A stretch of 64,000 nt of DNA from Myxococcales bacterium (GTDB lineage: Bacteria; Myxococcota_A; Polyangia; Polyangiales; Polyangiaceae): the NCBI GenBank assembly GCA_043747615.1, contig JAYTOU010000033.1, positions 96,001-160,000 on the forward strand, read 5' to 3'. Below are positions 17,764 through 27,900 of the stretch, piece by piece. A model generated the notes under the pieces. It ran no database searches and was not told where the DNA came from. It saw only the letters and a program-made list of their open reading frames with translations. Within the stretch, counting starts at the first letter, position 1. Every line of letters begins with the position of its first letter. A program made the position numbers and the translations under genes.

Positions 17764-19647
17764 TTACCGCGAGCGTGGGGCGAGATCGATCGTCACCCAT
17801 ACGTCCGTCCCGGGTCGCCCCAGGCGATGCCCCCCGCTCGCGCGGACGGCGATGCACTCACAGCGATCGCGGATCTCTATGGACGCACGCGCGGCGGTGA
17901 GGAGGCGGGCGGAGAGATCGGCGTCCGCTCCCGCGCGCGTGAGGACGTACGCGGACCAAGGAACGGAGAGGTGCGCGCCGCCGGTCCATCCGTCGGTGGC
18001 CAAGAATCCGCCCGAGGGCTCGAGCGGCGCATCGGTGAGAAGACGTGCGAGGACCGGATCGATGCCGGAGCGCTCGGCGACCGTCGCACCGACCCGGAGC
18101 CCGTCGACTCGTCCGACGCGGGCCCGCGCGACGATGGCGGTGCCGGGGACGCCGCCTAAGACGTGGGCACCTTCGCCGCCGAAGCCGATCCAGCGCGTGC
18201 TCGCCGCGGCCCGCCAGCGCATGGCCGGGAGAGCCGCGAACTTTTCTTCTCCGCTCGCGCGAACGACGGTGTCGTCGTCCGTACCCACCGCGCCTCCGGA
18301 GACGGAGGCTTCGAAGCCTTCACCCGTTGCCCATCGACCGATGGCCGAGCTCACTCCCACCTCGGAAAAATAGGCTGATCCGCGTACGTCGGCCCGACCG
18401 CGTCCGGGGAGCAAATCGAAGATCGCGTCACCGCGCGTGGCGAGCGCTCCCGCCGACAGACGCGGCTCGAGGCGATGACGCCAGGGATCTCCGGACTCGC
18501 CCGAGTCGAAGCTCCGGACGAAGGGAGCGCGGAGATCGGCGCGCCCCATGATAGCGACATCGGCGCCTCTACGCTCACCATTGGAGGCGACCTCGGTTGC
18601 TTCGCGCAGCGAGAGCGATGCGCCAAGGATAGAGGCCCGCGTCGCAAGAAGAGCTCCGCCCTCCGAGCGGCCATAGCTCACGGTCGAGCCGGTGATGCGG
18701 TCGCGAAATCCTCCGCCCGAGACGGCGATGTCGTATGCGCCGAAGCTGCCGATACCCTCGGCTCCGCGGAGAGAGACGACGGGGCCCGCAGCGCCGAAGT
18801 CGTAGGGACTGGCTCCGCGAAGGCTCGTGGAACGAAGGCCGGTGGCGAAAGTGAAGCCGCCTTCGCGGATCGAGGCTTCCATACTTGCGCGATTGACGAC
18901 CCGCGCCGCGACGTCGAGGTCGGTCGTCGAGGTGACCGCGCGCGTTCCCCGGAGCACGTCGGCGTCCCAGGCAAGCGTCTGCACGTTCTCGTCCCGGCGA
19001 TGCTCGAGGGCTCCGCGCGCGTCGACCGCGATGCCGCCAACGTCGAGGTAGTCCCAGCGCACGTTGGTGTGGCTCGACGGCGTCCGGAGATCACCCTCCA
19101 CCGCCACGCCGCCTTTGAGATACGCGCCCGCGCGAAGGTCGAGCCCGTGCTCGAAGTCCCCCTGGCGCCACGGAACGTGCACGCCGTCGCCTAGAAAGAG
19201 GCCGTCTCTCCCGCGGTAGGCGATGTCCGGTGGAAGCAAGCCGAACCGCGCCGGAGATCGGAGCCAGAAATAAGGCAGCCAAAAAACGGGCACCTCGTAG
19301 AGCTCGAGCCGTGGCTGACGCAAGATCAAGTCGCCCGGTGGCGCGACGATCGCTCCGTCGAACGCAATCGAGAGCGGCGTCCCGAGGCACGGACAAAAAG
19401 CGAGCGTGCCTTTTCCGTCGACCTCCACGCCGCGCGACGTCCGGCGAAGGCGGACTTCGTCGCTCCGCAAGTGAAACGGCTCCGAGTCCACGTGCACGTT
19501 TCCCCGGAGCTCGATCTCGCGCAGGCGTGGGTCGAGCGTCACTTCATCGGCGTGCGCATCGAGCGGCAAGATCTCGGCACGAGCCGCGCGGGGTACGGCG
19601 ACGAGAAGAAAAAAAAGAAGCGCGGCGTACGTGCCGTCCCGGCTCAC
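17764..19647 (-). CDS. lptD: LPS-assembly protein LptD-like outer-membrane protein
   Basis: Signal peptide; jellyroll-like HADEV..LRGNVHV..LRSDEV; FCPC; VPVFWLPYF; GLLPPDIAY..DG; Cys pair near the C-terminus; beta-barrel character. Confidence 0.75.
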   Translation of the reverse strand: MSRDGTYAALLFFLLVAVPRAARAEILPLDAHADEVTLDPRLREIELRGNVHVDSEPFHLRSDEVRLRRTSRGVEVDGKGTLAFCPCLGTPLSIAFDGAIVAPPGDLILRQPRLELYEVPVFWLPYFWLRSPARFGLLPPDIAYRGRDGLFLGDGVHVPWRQGDFEHGLDLRAGAYLKGGVAVEGDLRTPSSHTNVRWDYLDVGGIAVDARGALEHRRDENVQTLAWDADVLRGTRAVTSTTDLDVAARVVNRASMEASIREGGFTFATGLRSTSLRGASPYDFGAAGPVVSLRGAEGIGSFGAYDIAVSGGGFRDRITGSTVSYGRSEGGALLATRASILGASLSLREATEVASNGERRGADVAIMGRADLRAPFVRSFDSGESGDPWRHRLEPRLSAGALATRGDAIFDLLPGRGRADVRGSAYFSEVGVSSAIGRWATGEGFEASVSGGAVGTDDDTVVRASGEEKFAALPAMRWRAAASTRWIGFGGEGAHVLGGVPGTAIVARARVGRVDGLRVGATVAERSGIDPVLARLLTDAPLEPSGGFLATDGWTGGAHLSVPWSAYVLTRAGADADLSARLLTAARASIEIRDRCECIAVRASGGHRLGRPGTDVWVTIDLAPRSR

Positions 19648-19657
19648 GCGTCACTCT

Positions 19658-20404
19658 TCAGTGCTTGCGTCGCCCGGCTTTGGTCGACGATCTCGTTGGC
19701 GGTACGGAAGCTGCGGGAGATGCCGGAGTATCGGTTCCAGGCTCGGGCGCGGGCTGCGTGGGCGTGGAAATCACGGTGTCTGCGTCAGCGCTCGGGAGAA
19801 AGATCCCTTTCGGAAATTCAATTTGCAGGATTGCGGAGCCATCCTTCGCGGGGACGACCTTGAAGGCTGGCGTCACGTTCGCGCGAAGCTCGAGAATGAA
19901 GTGGAGATTGCGCCCGAAAGGAAGCAGACGAGCGCGGCTGACCGGTGTGTTGAAGTGCACCGTGACGAGCGCGTTCTCGTTGTTCATCTTCGCCACGTGC
20001 TCCCCTTTGAGGATGTACGTGATGGTGCCCGCAGCCTTTTTTTCCTCGACCGGAACGTTTTGCGTCATCTCGACGAAGAAGCGTGAGCCGCCGTCGGGGA
20101 GCATCTCGAAGCCGGGAAGCGTGGCGACCGGGCCCGCCGCGTGCGAGACGCCGCGATGCTTCGTCGTCGCTGCCTTCGCGGGCTTCGAGTCGCCGTAGCC
20201 ATAGCCTTGGGGATGCGGATTCGCCGGAGCAGTAGCCGGTCCCGTTTCCGTTCCAGGCGTCGCGGACGTGCCCGCAGCTGCTGCCGCTGCGGATCCGCTT
20301 GGCGCCTGAGCAGAGCTCGGGGCTTGCGCAGAGGCCGTGCCGACGAGGAGCGCGGGGAGCACGAACGCCAGCATGGCGGCGCGAAACGGAGGGCGGACAG
20401 CCAT
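19658..20404 (-). CDS. Exported protein with an AMIN-like domain between low-complexity tails
   Basis: Signal peptide; SRFFVEMT..TYIL..PVSRARL..LHFILEL..LQIEF beta pattern. Confidence 0.6.
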   Translation of the reverse strand: MAVRPPFRAAMLAFVLPALLVGTASAQAPSSAQAPSGSAAAAAAGTSATPGTETGPATAPANPHPQGYGYGDSKPAKAATTKHRGVSHAAGPVATLPGFEMLPDGGSRFFVEMTQNVPVEEKKAAGTITYILKGEHVAKMNNENALVTVHFNTPVSRARLLPFGRNLHFILELRANVTPAFKVVPAKDGSAILQIEFPKGIFLPSADADTVISTPTQPAPEPGTDTPASPAASVPPTRSSTKAGRRKH

Positions 20405-20468
20405 GGTTCAAGTAGAGCACGTCGCTGGCGACATGCCCAAATTGCGCTCACGTCTTCATGAAGTGCTT

Positions 20469-21776
20469 CTAGAGCGACGAGTTGGTGATTCCCTGGAGCG
20501 CGGCCCGCTGACTCGGTGATGTCTTCGTGACTTCCTTCTTCGGCTTAGTGCCGGTCACCGTCTCGTAAATCTTGTCGAGGTTGGCGGTGATGGTGAACGT
20601 CACGCGCGCATCCGGGCTCCACCAGATGTTGTCCCCGCCGACGAGGCCGCGGCGAGTGCCATTAGGCGCGATCGAGTTGGCTAGGTTGTAGTAGCCGATG
20701 CCGAGCGTGAGCTCGTCGATCACATCGTAGTCGACGCTGGCGAGGAACCAGGTGCTCACCGCGAGGTTCGTGCTGTCGGACGCACGCGGAACGGCCACGG
20801 TGCCCGTCGCGGTCGGAACCGATGCCTCCTTCGGGACGTACTTCCAGTTGTGGATGAAGATCATGTCGAGCGTGAGCGAGAGCTTCGGCGTGATCTGAAG
20901 GCCGGTGTCGAGGACGCTGAGGAGGCTGTGGTTGGTCATCGACCCACCGCGGAGCTGATCGCTCACGAAGGAGCGACCTTCGGTGTCCTGACGGTTGATG
21001 GTCAGGTTGCCGTTCGTGGGGACGGTCGCACGCGAGAACGGGTGCGTGTAGAGCGCACTCACCGCAACGTGCATCTCGTTGAGCGCCTTCGCCGATTCTC
21101 CGTTCAGGGGGATGGTCTGCTTGACGCCGACGCCGACGCCAGGAGTCACGTAAATACCGCTGTCTTGGCTCTCTTTCGAGGTCGGCAGCTTGATGAGCGC
21201 GGTCGCCGAAACATCCGTGTGCTTGAAGGTGCCCTTGTCGCTGAGCGCCGTCTTGTACTTTAGGGTGTTCCAGATGTCGCCGAACACGTCTTCACGGTAG
21301 CTCGTGTTCTCTTGGTTGTTCGTCCACTCCTTGAAGTAGTCGAGCCGAAGAGTGTAGGCGAGGTGCTTGTTGAAGTTCCAACGCGGCCGGAACGAGAACC
21401 ACCACTCGTAGAGCGGCACGTACGACTGCTGCGCCTGCGTGTCGAGGTGCGCGGTCTGGGTGGTCATGCTCTGATCGAAGAAGAGGATCGATCCGGTGAT
21501 CGGATTGAGCTTCTCGTCTTTCTTCTCTTCGGGCGTCACTTCGACCGGCTGGTCTTTTGCTTGTTCCGGCGTGCCACCGAGGGTGACGCTCGCACCCGAC
21601 GAGGGCGCGGTCTGCGGGGCGCTTGCTCCGGACGGACCGGCAGGTTCGGCAGCAGGCGCGGCGGGCGCGTCACCTGAACCTGCCTGGGGTCGCGCAAACG
21701 CGAGCGAGGACGTGAGGAGCGGGGCCGCGACCAGCGCGGTCCGAACAAGAAGGGAGAGGCGAGATAAGGTCTTCAT
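20469..21776 (-). CDS. Hypothetical outer-membrane beta-barrel-like protein
   Basis: Signal peptide, Pro/Ala linker, alternating aromatic/polar strands; GAGGAG Shine-Dalgarno upstream. Confidence 0.7.
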   Translation of the reverse strand: MKTLSRLSLLVRTALVAAPLLTSSLAFARPQAGSGDAPAAPAAEPAGPSGASAPQTAPSSGASVTLGGTPEQAKDQPVEVTPEEKKDEKLNPITGSILFFDQSMTTQTAHLDTQAQQSYVPLYEWWFSFRPRWNFNKHLAYTLRLDYFKEWTNNQENTSYREDVFGDIWNTLKYKTALSDKGTFKHTDVSATALIKLPTSKESQDSGIYVTPGVGVGVKQTIPLNGESAKALNEMHVAVSALYTHPFSRATVPTNGNLTINRQDTEGRSFVSDQLRGGSMTNHSLLSVLDTGLQITPKLSLTLDMIFIHNWKYVPKEASVPTATGTVAVPRASDSTNLAVSTWFLASVDYDVIDELTLGIGYYNLANSIAPNGTRRGLVGGDNIWWSPDARVTFTITANLDKIYETVTGTKPKKEVTKTSPSQRAALQGITNSSL

Positions 21777-21856
21777 GTTTTACTGCTCCTCTGAACGTCT
21801 GGCCGTCTGATGACCGAGGGCGTTCCCAGCACGCCGTCGGCTCGGCGAGCGAGCGG

Positions 21857-21885
21857 GAATTGCCCCGATCGCGCGCAGGTGTCAA
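21857..21885 (-). promoter_or_regulatory. Possible sigma70-type promoter for the 21776 operon
   Basis: Minus strand TTGACA-N17-CAATTC: perfect -35, poor -10. Confidence 0.35.
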
Positions 21886-22137
21886 CCCAAGCCTGGAAGC
21901 CGAAACTTCCGAGGCCCTGAAACCCGAGCGCTTCTATGCATATTGCGTTCCGCAGCATTCATATACGTAACCACTCTAAATTGTGCATGATTTATCACTG
22001 ACGGCCAGCCGCCGTTAAGGGTCTGACGGCAGAGCGTGCTGAGGGTGACTGCTCCCTGCCCGAGAGCCTGCTCCGAAAAGATCGTTAGCTTGCTAATGAC
22101 CATGTGACCGAAGGCGGATGCCTGCTAACCGGAGCGC

Positions 22138-22545
22138 ATGGATTCAGCAGCCCTTCCGGCCACGGAAATCACCGCGCTCCTCGGCCGTGGCACCACCTTC
22201 GAGGGAAAGCTTCACTTCGAAGGTCGGGTCCGCATCGACGGCATCTTCAAAGGTGAGATCAAGAGCGATGACACGCTCGTCGTCGGCGACGGCGCCGAGG
22301 TGCATGCAGAGATCGACGTCGCGACGGTGATCATTCGCGGCGGCGTTGTGCACGGCAACGTGCGCGCGAAGACGGCGATCGAGGTTCACGCGCCGGGCAG
22401 GCTCGTCGGCAACATCCAGTCCCCCTCCGTCTTCATCGATCGCGGCGTCGAGTTCCAGGGAAGCTGCCGCATGGATCCGATCGAAGAGAAGAAAGCAGCC
22501 GCCAAGGAAAAGCCCGTAGCCCGCGTCGGTCAGCAGACCGCCTAA
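22138..22545 (+). CDS. Bactofilin (polymer-forming cytoskeletal protein)
   Basis: LLGRGTTFEGKLHFEGRVRIDGIFKGEI..GVVHGNV..GNIQSPSVFIDRGVEFQGSCRM. Confidence 0.93.
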   Translation: MDSAALPATEITALLGRGTTFEGKLHFEGRVRIDGIFKGEIKSDDTLVVGDGAEVHAEIDVATVIIRGGVVHGNVRAKTAIEVHAPGRLVGNIQSPSVFIDRGVEFQGSCRMDPIEEKKAAAKEKPVARVGQQTA

Positions 22546-22561
22546 GCACCGTCTGGCGCTC

Positions 22562-23035
22562 GTGGAGAAGGTCTCGCGACTGGCTCTCGCTGCAGCGCTG
22601 ACGGCTGCGTGCGCTGGGGAGACCGCGGTGAGGAGCGCGCCGGCCATCGAGCCGCCAGTGAAGCCCTTGGTGCATGAAGCGCCGGACGCGGCCGATCCAA
22701 TGACCGCTTTCGAGGTGCTCGCCGTAGGTGCAGACAGGCTTGCCCCCGCGATGCGCGAGATCGTGCGCGGCGAGAAGAGCGGGGAGAATTCGCTTTCGAC
22801 GGAAGTCCTCCGGGCCGAAAAAGACGCGTGCGTTCGCCTGGCTTTTGCGGCGTCGACGGAGCTCCGCGCGACGCTCGAGGATCAGAGCGGCGCCGTCCTC
22901 GCGGAGACGAAAACGAAGGCGGGTGCGCTTGGTGAGCGAGGCCCGGTTTGCGTTCGGAAGGGCGCCGTGATCCGCGTGCGCTTCGACGGCGAGGGGGCCA
23001 TTCGCATTCGCTTCATCGCCTGGACCTCGCCTTGA
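22562..23035 (+). CDS. Hypothetical lipoprotein
   Basis: LAAALTAAC lipobox; paired Cys (ACVR, GPVCV). Confidence 0.65.
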   Translation: MEKVSRLALAAALTAACAGETAVRSAPAIEPPVKPLVHEAPDAADPMTAFEVLAVGADRLAPAMREIVRGEKSGENSLSTEVLRAEKDACVRLAFAASTELRATLEDQSGAVLAETKTKAGALGERGPVCVRKGAVIRVRFDGEGAIRIRFIAWTSP

Positions 23036-23662
23036 TCACGAACCGCGGCCGATCATTTTTTTCGCCGGACGTGAAACATGCGCGCTCGATGGATCGATGA
23101 ACCGCCACGGCTCGTCCGCGACCGCTCCCGCATAGGCCACCCCTACCCGCGCGGTGACGGCAACGCGCGGACGCTTCGTTCGCGGCGCAATATAGAGACC
23201 CTCGCTCGTGGTGAGATCGATGTCGTTGCAGGCGCGCGTGATTCCGAGGGCGCGCGCGAGACGACCAGGCCCATCGGCGCGCGTGCTGGCGTCGATCCCA
23301 ACGAGCGGATCGCCGCCGCGGATGAGCACCGCGTGGCCGCCGCCGTCTCTCAAGCACACCACGTTGAAGCAATCGTGCATTCCGTAAATCAAGAAGACGT
23401 ACGCGTGACCCGGCGGGCCGAGCAGCGTCCGGGTGCGTTTCGTCAGGCCCACGCGCGCGTGGCAGGCGCGGTCGGTCGGACCACGGTAGGCCTCCGTCTC
23501 CACGATGCGGACCGCACGCACGCCTTCGCGAGTGACGTGGACGAGCGTGGTCCCGATCAATGCGCGCGCGACGATCAGCGCGTCTCGTGCGTAAAACGCG
23601 TGGTCAAGCACCGCGTTGGGTACCGCGAAGCGTGCCGGTTTGGTGGGGACTCCGAGTGCCAT
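23036..23662 (-). CDS. mpg: DNA-3-methyladenine glycosylase (MPG/AAG family)
   Basis: RIVETEAYRG..DRACHA, PGHAYVFLIYGMHDCFNVV, AVLIRG, GPGRL, RVGV, PWRF. Confidence 0.93.
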   Translation of the reverse strand: MALGVPTKPARFAVPNAVLDHAFYARDALIVARALIGTTLVHVTREGVRAVRIVETEAYRGPTDRACHARVGLTKRTRTLLGPPGHAYVFLIYGMHDCFNVVCLRDGGGHAVLIRGGDPLVGIDASTRADGPGRLARALGITRACNDIDLTTSEGLYIAPRTKRPRVAVTARVGVAYAGAVADEPWRFIDPSSAHVSRPAKKMIGRGS

Positions 23663-23699
23663 TTCTCTCGCGCCGTGATACCAAACTTCGGCACTCGAA

Positions 23700-24968
23700 A
23701 TGCGATTCGTTCACGCCGCCGACCTGCACATCGACAGCCCGCTCCGCGGCCTCGAGCGCTACCCGGGGGCACCGGTGGACAAGGCGCGGGGAGCCACCCG
23801 CATGGCGTTCGTGCGGGTGATCGATCTGTGTCTGGAACGGCGCGCGGATTTCTTGATCCTGGCCGGCGATCTCTTCGACGGCGACTGGAAGGACTTTCAC
23901 ACCGCGCTCTTCGTGGTGAGCCAGCTGGCTCGCTTGAAGGAGGCTGGGACGCCCGTCTTCATCGTCTTCGGCAACCACGATCGCCAAAGCGATCTCACGC
24001 CGCGGATCGTGTGGCCGGAGAACGTGAAGGTCTTTTCGTCAGACGCGGCGGAGACGTTCTTGCTCGAGTCCGTCGGGGTCGCCCTCCACGGGCGGAGCTT
24101 CCCCACCGCGGCGGTCACCGAAAATCTGTCGGCCGGGTACCCCGCGCCCGTTCCCGGGATGTTCAACATCGGTGTCCTTCACACAAGCGCGTCGGGCGCA
24201 CGGGAAGGGAGCGAGCACAAGCCGTACGCCCCATCCTCCGTCACGGAGCTTGCGGCAAAAGGGTACGCCTACTGGGCGCTCGGACACGTGCACGGACACG
24301 AGGTGCTCCACGTTCGTCCGCACGTCGTCTACCCTGGAAATACCCAGGCTCGGCACGTGAAAGAGCAAGGCGCGAAGGGCGCGGTGGTCATCGAAGTCGA
24401 CGCGGGGGACGTCGCGCGCATCGAGCACGTGGCCTGCGACGTCATGCGCTGGAGCATCGTCAAGGTCGTTGCCGAGGAAGCAGACGACACCCACGCGCTC
24501 CTTCGCCGCGCGAAGAGCGAAATCACGAAGGCGCTTGCAGACGCGGACGGACGCACCCTCGCGGTTCGTCTGTCGTTCGAAGGAAAGTGCGCGGCCCATC
24601 CGATGCTTGCGCGCCTCGAGGATCGGGCGCGCTTCGTCGCCGACGTCCGCGCGGCCGCGAGCGACGTGAGCGAGGCCGTATGGGTAGAGAAGGTGATCAT
24701 GACGACCGCGCCGCGGGTGAACCTCGAGGCCCGGCGCGCCGGTCACGATCTGGTCGGCGATCTTCTACGGGAGACGCGCGCCCTCGGCGAACGTCCCCTG
24801 CTCGCCGACGAGCTCGGTCCCGTCTTCCAGAGCCTCCGCTCGAAGCTTGCCGCCGGCGCGGGTGAAGACGCGATCCGCTTCGACGATCCCGAGCGGGTGC
24901 GGGGCTGGGTCAAAGAGGCCGAGCTTGTCCTCCTTCATCTCCTTGCCAACGACGACGAAACGCCTTGA
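23700..24968 (+). CDS. yhaO: Mre11/SbcD-like DNA repair metallophosphoesterase (YhaO family)
   Basis: FVHAADLHIDSPL, AGDLFD, GNHD, GVLHT, YWALGHVH, YPGNTQARH. Confidence 0.92.
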   Translation: MRFVHAADLHIDSPLRGLERYPGAPVDKARGATRMAFVRVIDLCLERRADFLILAGDLFDGDWKDFHTALFVVSQLARLKEAGTPVFIVFGNHDRQSDLTPRIVWPENVKVFSSDAAETFLLESVGVALHGRSFPTAAVTENLSAGYPAPVPGMFNIGVLHTSASGAREGSEHKPYAPSSVTELAAKGYAYWALGHVHGHEVLHVRPHVVYPGNTQARHVKEQGAKGAVVIEVDAGDVARIEHVACDVMRWSIVKVVAEEADDTHALLRRAKSEITKALADADGRTLAVRLSFEGKCAAHPMLARLEDRARFVADVRAAASDVSEAVWVEKVIMTTAPRVNLEARRAGHDLVGDLLRETRALGERPLLADELGPVFQSLRSKLAAGAGEDAIRFDDPERVRGWVKEAELVLLHLLANDDETP

Positions 24969-27900
24969 AAATAAGCGCGTTCGAGATCGAGAGCTTCGGA
25001 CACTTCAGGTCAAAGACCTTCGACGTCAAGGCTCCGTTCGTTCTTCTCCATGGGCCGAACGAGGCTGGCAAGACCACGCTCCTCGCGTTCTTGCGCGGTC
25101 TCCTCTTCGGGTTCGGAGAAAAAAATCCGTACGCTTTCGATCGCAACGAAGAGATGGCGGGGAGCGCAACCGTCCGTCTCCGAAGCGGAGAGTCGCTCTC
25201 TTTCCGCCGGCGAAAAGGAAGAAAGAATCCAATCGACGGTCAGCTCGGTGAAGGAAAAACGCCGGTCGACGAGGCCAAGCTTTTTTCTCTCTTGGGAGAC
25301 GCTAACGCGGCCCTGTTCGAGAACGTATTTGCCTTCGGGCTCGCTGAGCTGGGGCTCGGTGAAAAGTCGCTCGCTCACGCGAGCCTGACGTCCGCGATCT
25401 ACGCGGGTGCGCTCGGCGGCGGTCGCGACGTACGGGCCGTCCTCGCGTCGCTGGATGCGAGCCTGGGAGCGCTCTTCAAGGATCGAGGGAAAAATCAGCC
25501 GATCGCAGCATCATTTGCAGAATACATACGTCTTCGGGACGCCTCGCAAGCAGCCGCGCTGCGTGCAAAAGACTTTGCGCTCGTCCTCGATCAGTCGACC
25601 GAGGCGAATGCCCGGGCAGCGGGGCTGAAGGCGAAGCTCGAGGCCGAGCGAACGGAGCTCGACGCGCTCGAGCGGATCCAGAAAGCGCTGCCGCTCTTTG
25701 CCCGCCGACAGGCCGCGGTTGCCGAGCTCTCCACGCTCGAAGCGGTGCCCGGTACGAACGAGGCGGCGCGGCGGCGGGTGATCGAGCGCGCGGCGGAGAT
25801 CCGGCGGCTCGCGTTCGAAGAAGTGCAGCTCCGCGCCACGCAAGACATCGCTGATCCGAAGAAAGAGCTGCGCGCTCTCGCCGCTGACGTAGCGCGCCGC
25901 ATGCCGGGGTGGGATCTGGACACCCTCCGCACGAGAGCGCCCGACGTCCTACGCATCCAGGAGCTCACGAGCGCGCGCGCCCTCCTCGATTCGAAGCTGG
26001 AGAACTTCGGAGCGGCGATCGCCGACGCCGAGAAGCAACTCGCGCACGTCGCGCTCGAGAAAAAAGAGCACGAGACGGAGCTTGCCCGCGCACCGGACGA
26101 AGCGCTGCGGGAGGTCGTGGAGCGCGCCCCCATCCACGCCGAGCTTGCGCGCGCCCGCGAGGTTCGCCGCGCCCGGTGCGAGAGCCTGTCTCGGGATCTG
26201 CAGACAACGCGCGCGCGCCTGGAGCCGCCCGTCGAGATGAAGGACCCTCGCGTGCCCGACGTGGAGGTCGTTCGGGAGCAGCGCGCCGTATTCGAAGCGC
26301 TGACGCTCGCCCATCAGCGGGCGAGCGACGAGCTTTCGCGCGCACGAAAAACGGTCTCAGATCTGGCGGAAGACACCGGAGCTGCGACCAGTACGAGAAG
26401 CCTCCCCACGCTCGAAAGCCTGGCGGACACACGCGCCTACCGCGACAAAGGGATCGAGCTCCTCGGCGAGAAAGAAGATCTCTTCGTTGCCGCTGCGCGA
26501 AAGTCATGGCTCGGAAAGCGGCGCATCCTGCTGGCTGACGCCGTCCGCGAGGCCGTGGTCGTGGCCGACGTCGAAGCCGACACTCTCTTCGCAAACGCCG
26601 CGGGGGTGACGGCGCGCGCCGCACAGGTCGCTGCGCTGGAAGCGGCGACCGCGAGGGTGGTGACATGCGAAGGCGTGCTTGGTGCGACGGGGGAGCGGCT
26701 CACCGCGTTCACGACGACATGGAACGCGCTCTGGCGTCCGGCGGGCATCGTCCCCTTCCCGCCCGCGCGGATGGAGGCGTGGCTCCTCGATTTCGACCGC
26801 ATCGCTCGGAGCGAGGGTGAGCTTCGCCGCGCAGAGGAGGAGATGGTGACGATCGACGAGCGCCTCCACGCGTTCCTCGGAGAGATGAAGCGCCTCCTCC
26901 CCGACGCAGGTCCGGGAGACGACCCCGCCGCTCTGAGCGAACGCTGCAAGAAGCGACTGGCTTCGCTGCAGTCGGCACGGGCGCGCATCGAGGAATCCGA
27001 TCGCCAACGGGAGCGCCTGGAAAAGCTGGTCGCGCGCACGAGGGCACTCGCTGCCGATCTCGCGGAGCCCGTCGGAGCCTGGAAGAATGCCTGGGCGAGC
27101 GTTGCCGCGCCCTTCGGGGATGCTGCGCCCGAAGAGGTGAATCGCCGCGCCTCGGAGCTCGCCGAAGCGCGAACGAAGCTCGTTCTTCTGGAAGAGCGCA
27201 CCGCGTACCGGCGCGTCAACGAAGAAGCTCGGGCAATATGGCAAGCGCAGTTAGATGCATTATACAATCAATTGACGTCGGAGCTCGATGGGCGAACTTG
27301 CGCGCCGCTGGTGGAGCTCCTCGAGCGGGCAGAGCACGCCCAGGCCCTCGAGCGCGCGACCACCGCGCTGGAGGATCAGATCGCCGGCGCGGCGGGAGCG
27401 ACGGCTCGCGCGACGTTCTTCGAGGTCCTTGCGCAGTCGAGCCCGATCGAGGTCGAGGCGCGACGCACGGAGATCGCGCGGAGTCTCAGTGCGAGCAGCA
27501 CCGCGTTCGAGCAGACCCTGCGTGAGGCCGCGGTGGCAGAGAATGCCTGGGCTCGCCTCGACGGCACGAGCGAGTCGGCGCGGCTGCTCATGGAGGCCGA
27601 GTCGAAGCGCACAGAGCTCGGCGAGCTCGTCGATCGCTGGGCCCCGATGGCCATCGCGAGGCACGTCCTCACGGAGTCGATCGCTCGTTTCGAGAGAGAA
27701 AATCAGCCCGCGCTGCTCACCCGAGTCTCGGCGCTCTTCGAGCAAGTGACGACCGGCGAGTACGTCCGCGTTCGTCAGCGGCTCGGGGAGCACGACCTAC
27801 TCGTCGTCGCCCGCGGAGGCGCGGAGCGAAAGGTCGACCAGCTCAGCACCGGAACGCGCGAGCTCCTCTTTCTCGCGATCCGGCTCGCGTACGTGGGTGA

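Noticed and set aside
20424..20440. GGGCATGTCGCCAGC (minus strand) upstream of the AMIN-like gene as a sigma54 site
   Set aside because: Spacing is right but the -12 context is poor; likely chance in GC-rich DNA
21780..21860. Hairpins in the leader of the 21776 gene as a riboswitch
   Set aside because: No cobalamin, TPP, SAM, FMN or c-di-GMP consensus recognised
27231..27290. AT-rich patch inside yhaN (TTAGATGCATTATACAATCAATTGA), with a smaller one near 25505-25535
   Set aside because: The frame is intact and there are no flanking repeats or an obvious downstream target; nothing beyond local composition supports a function
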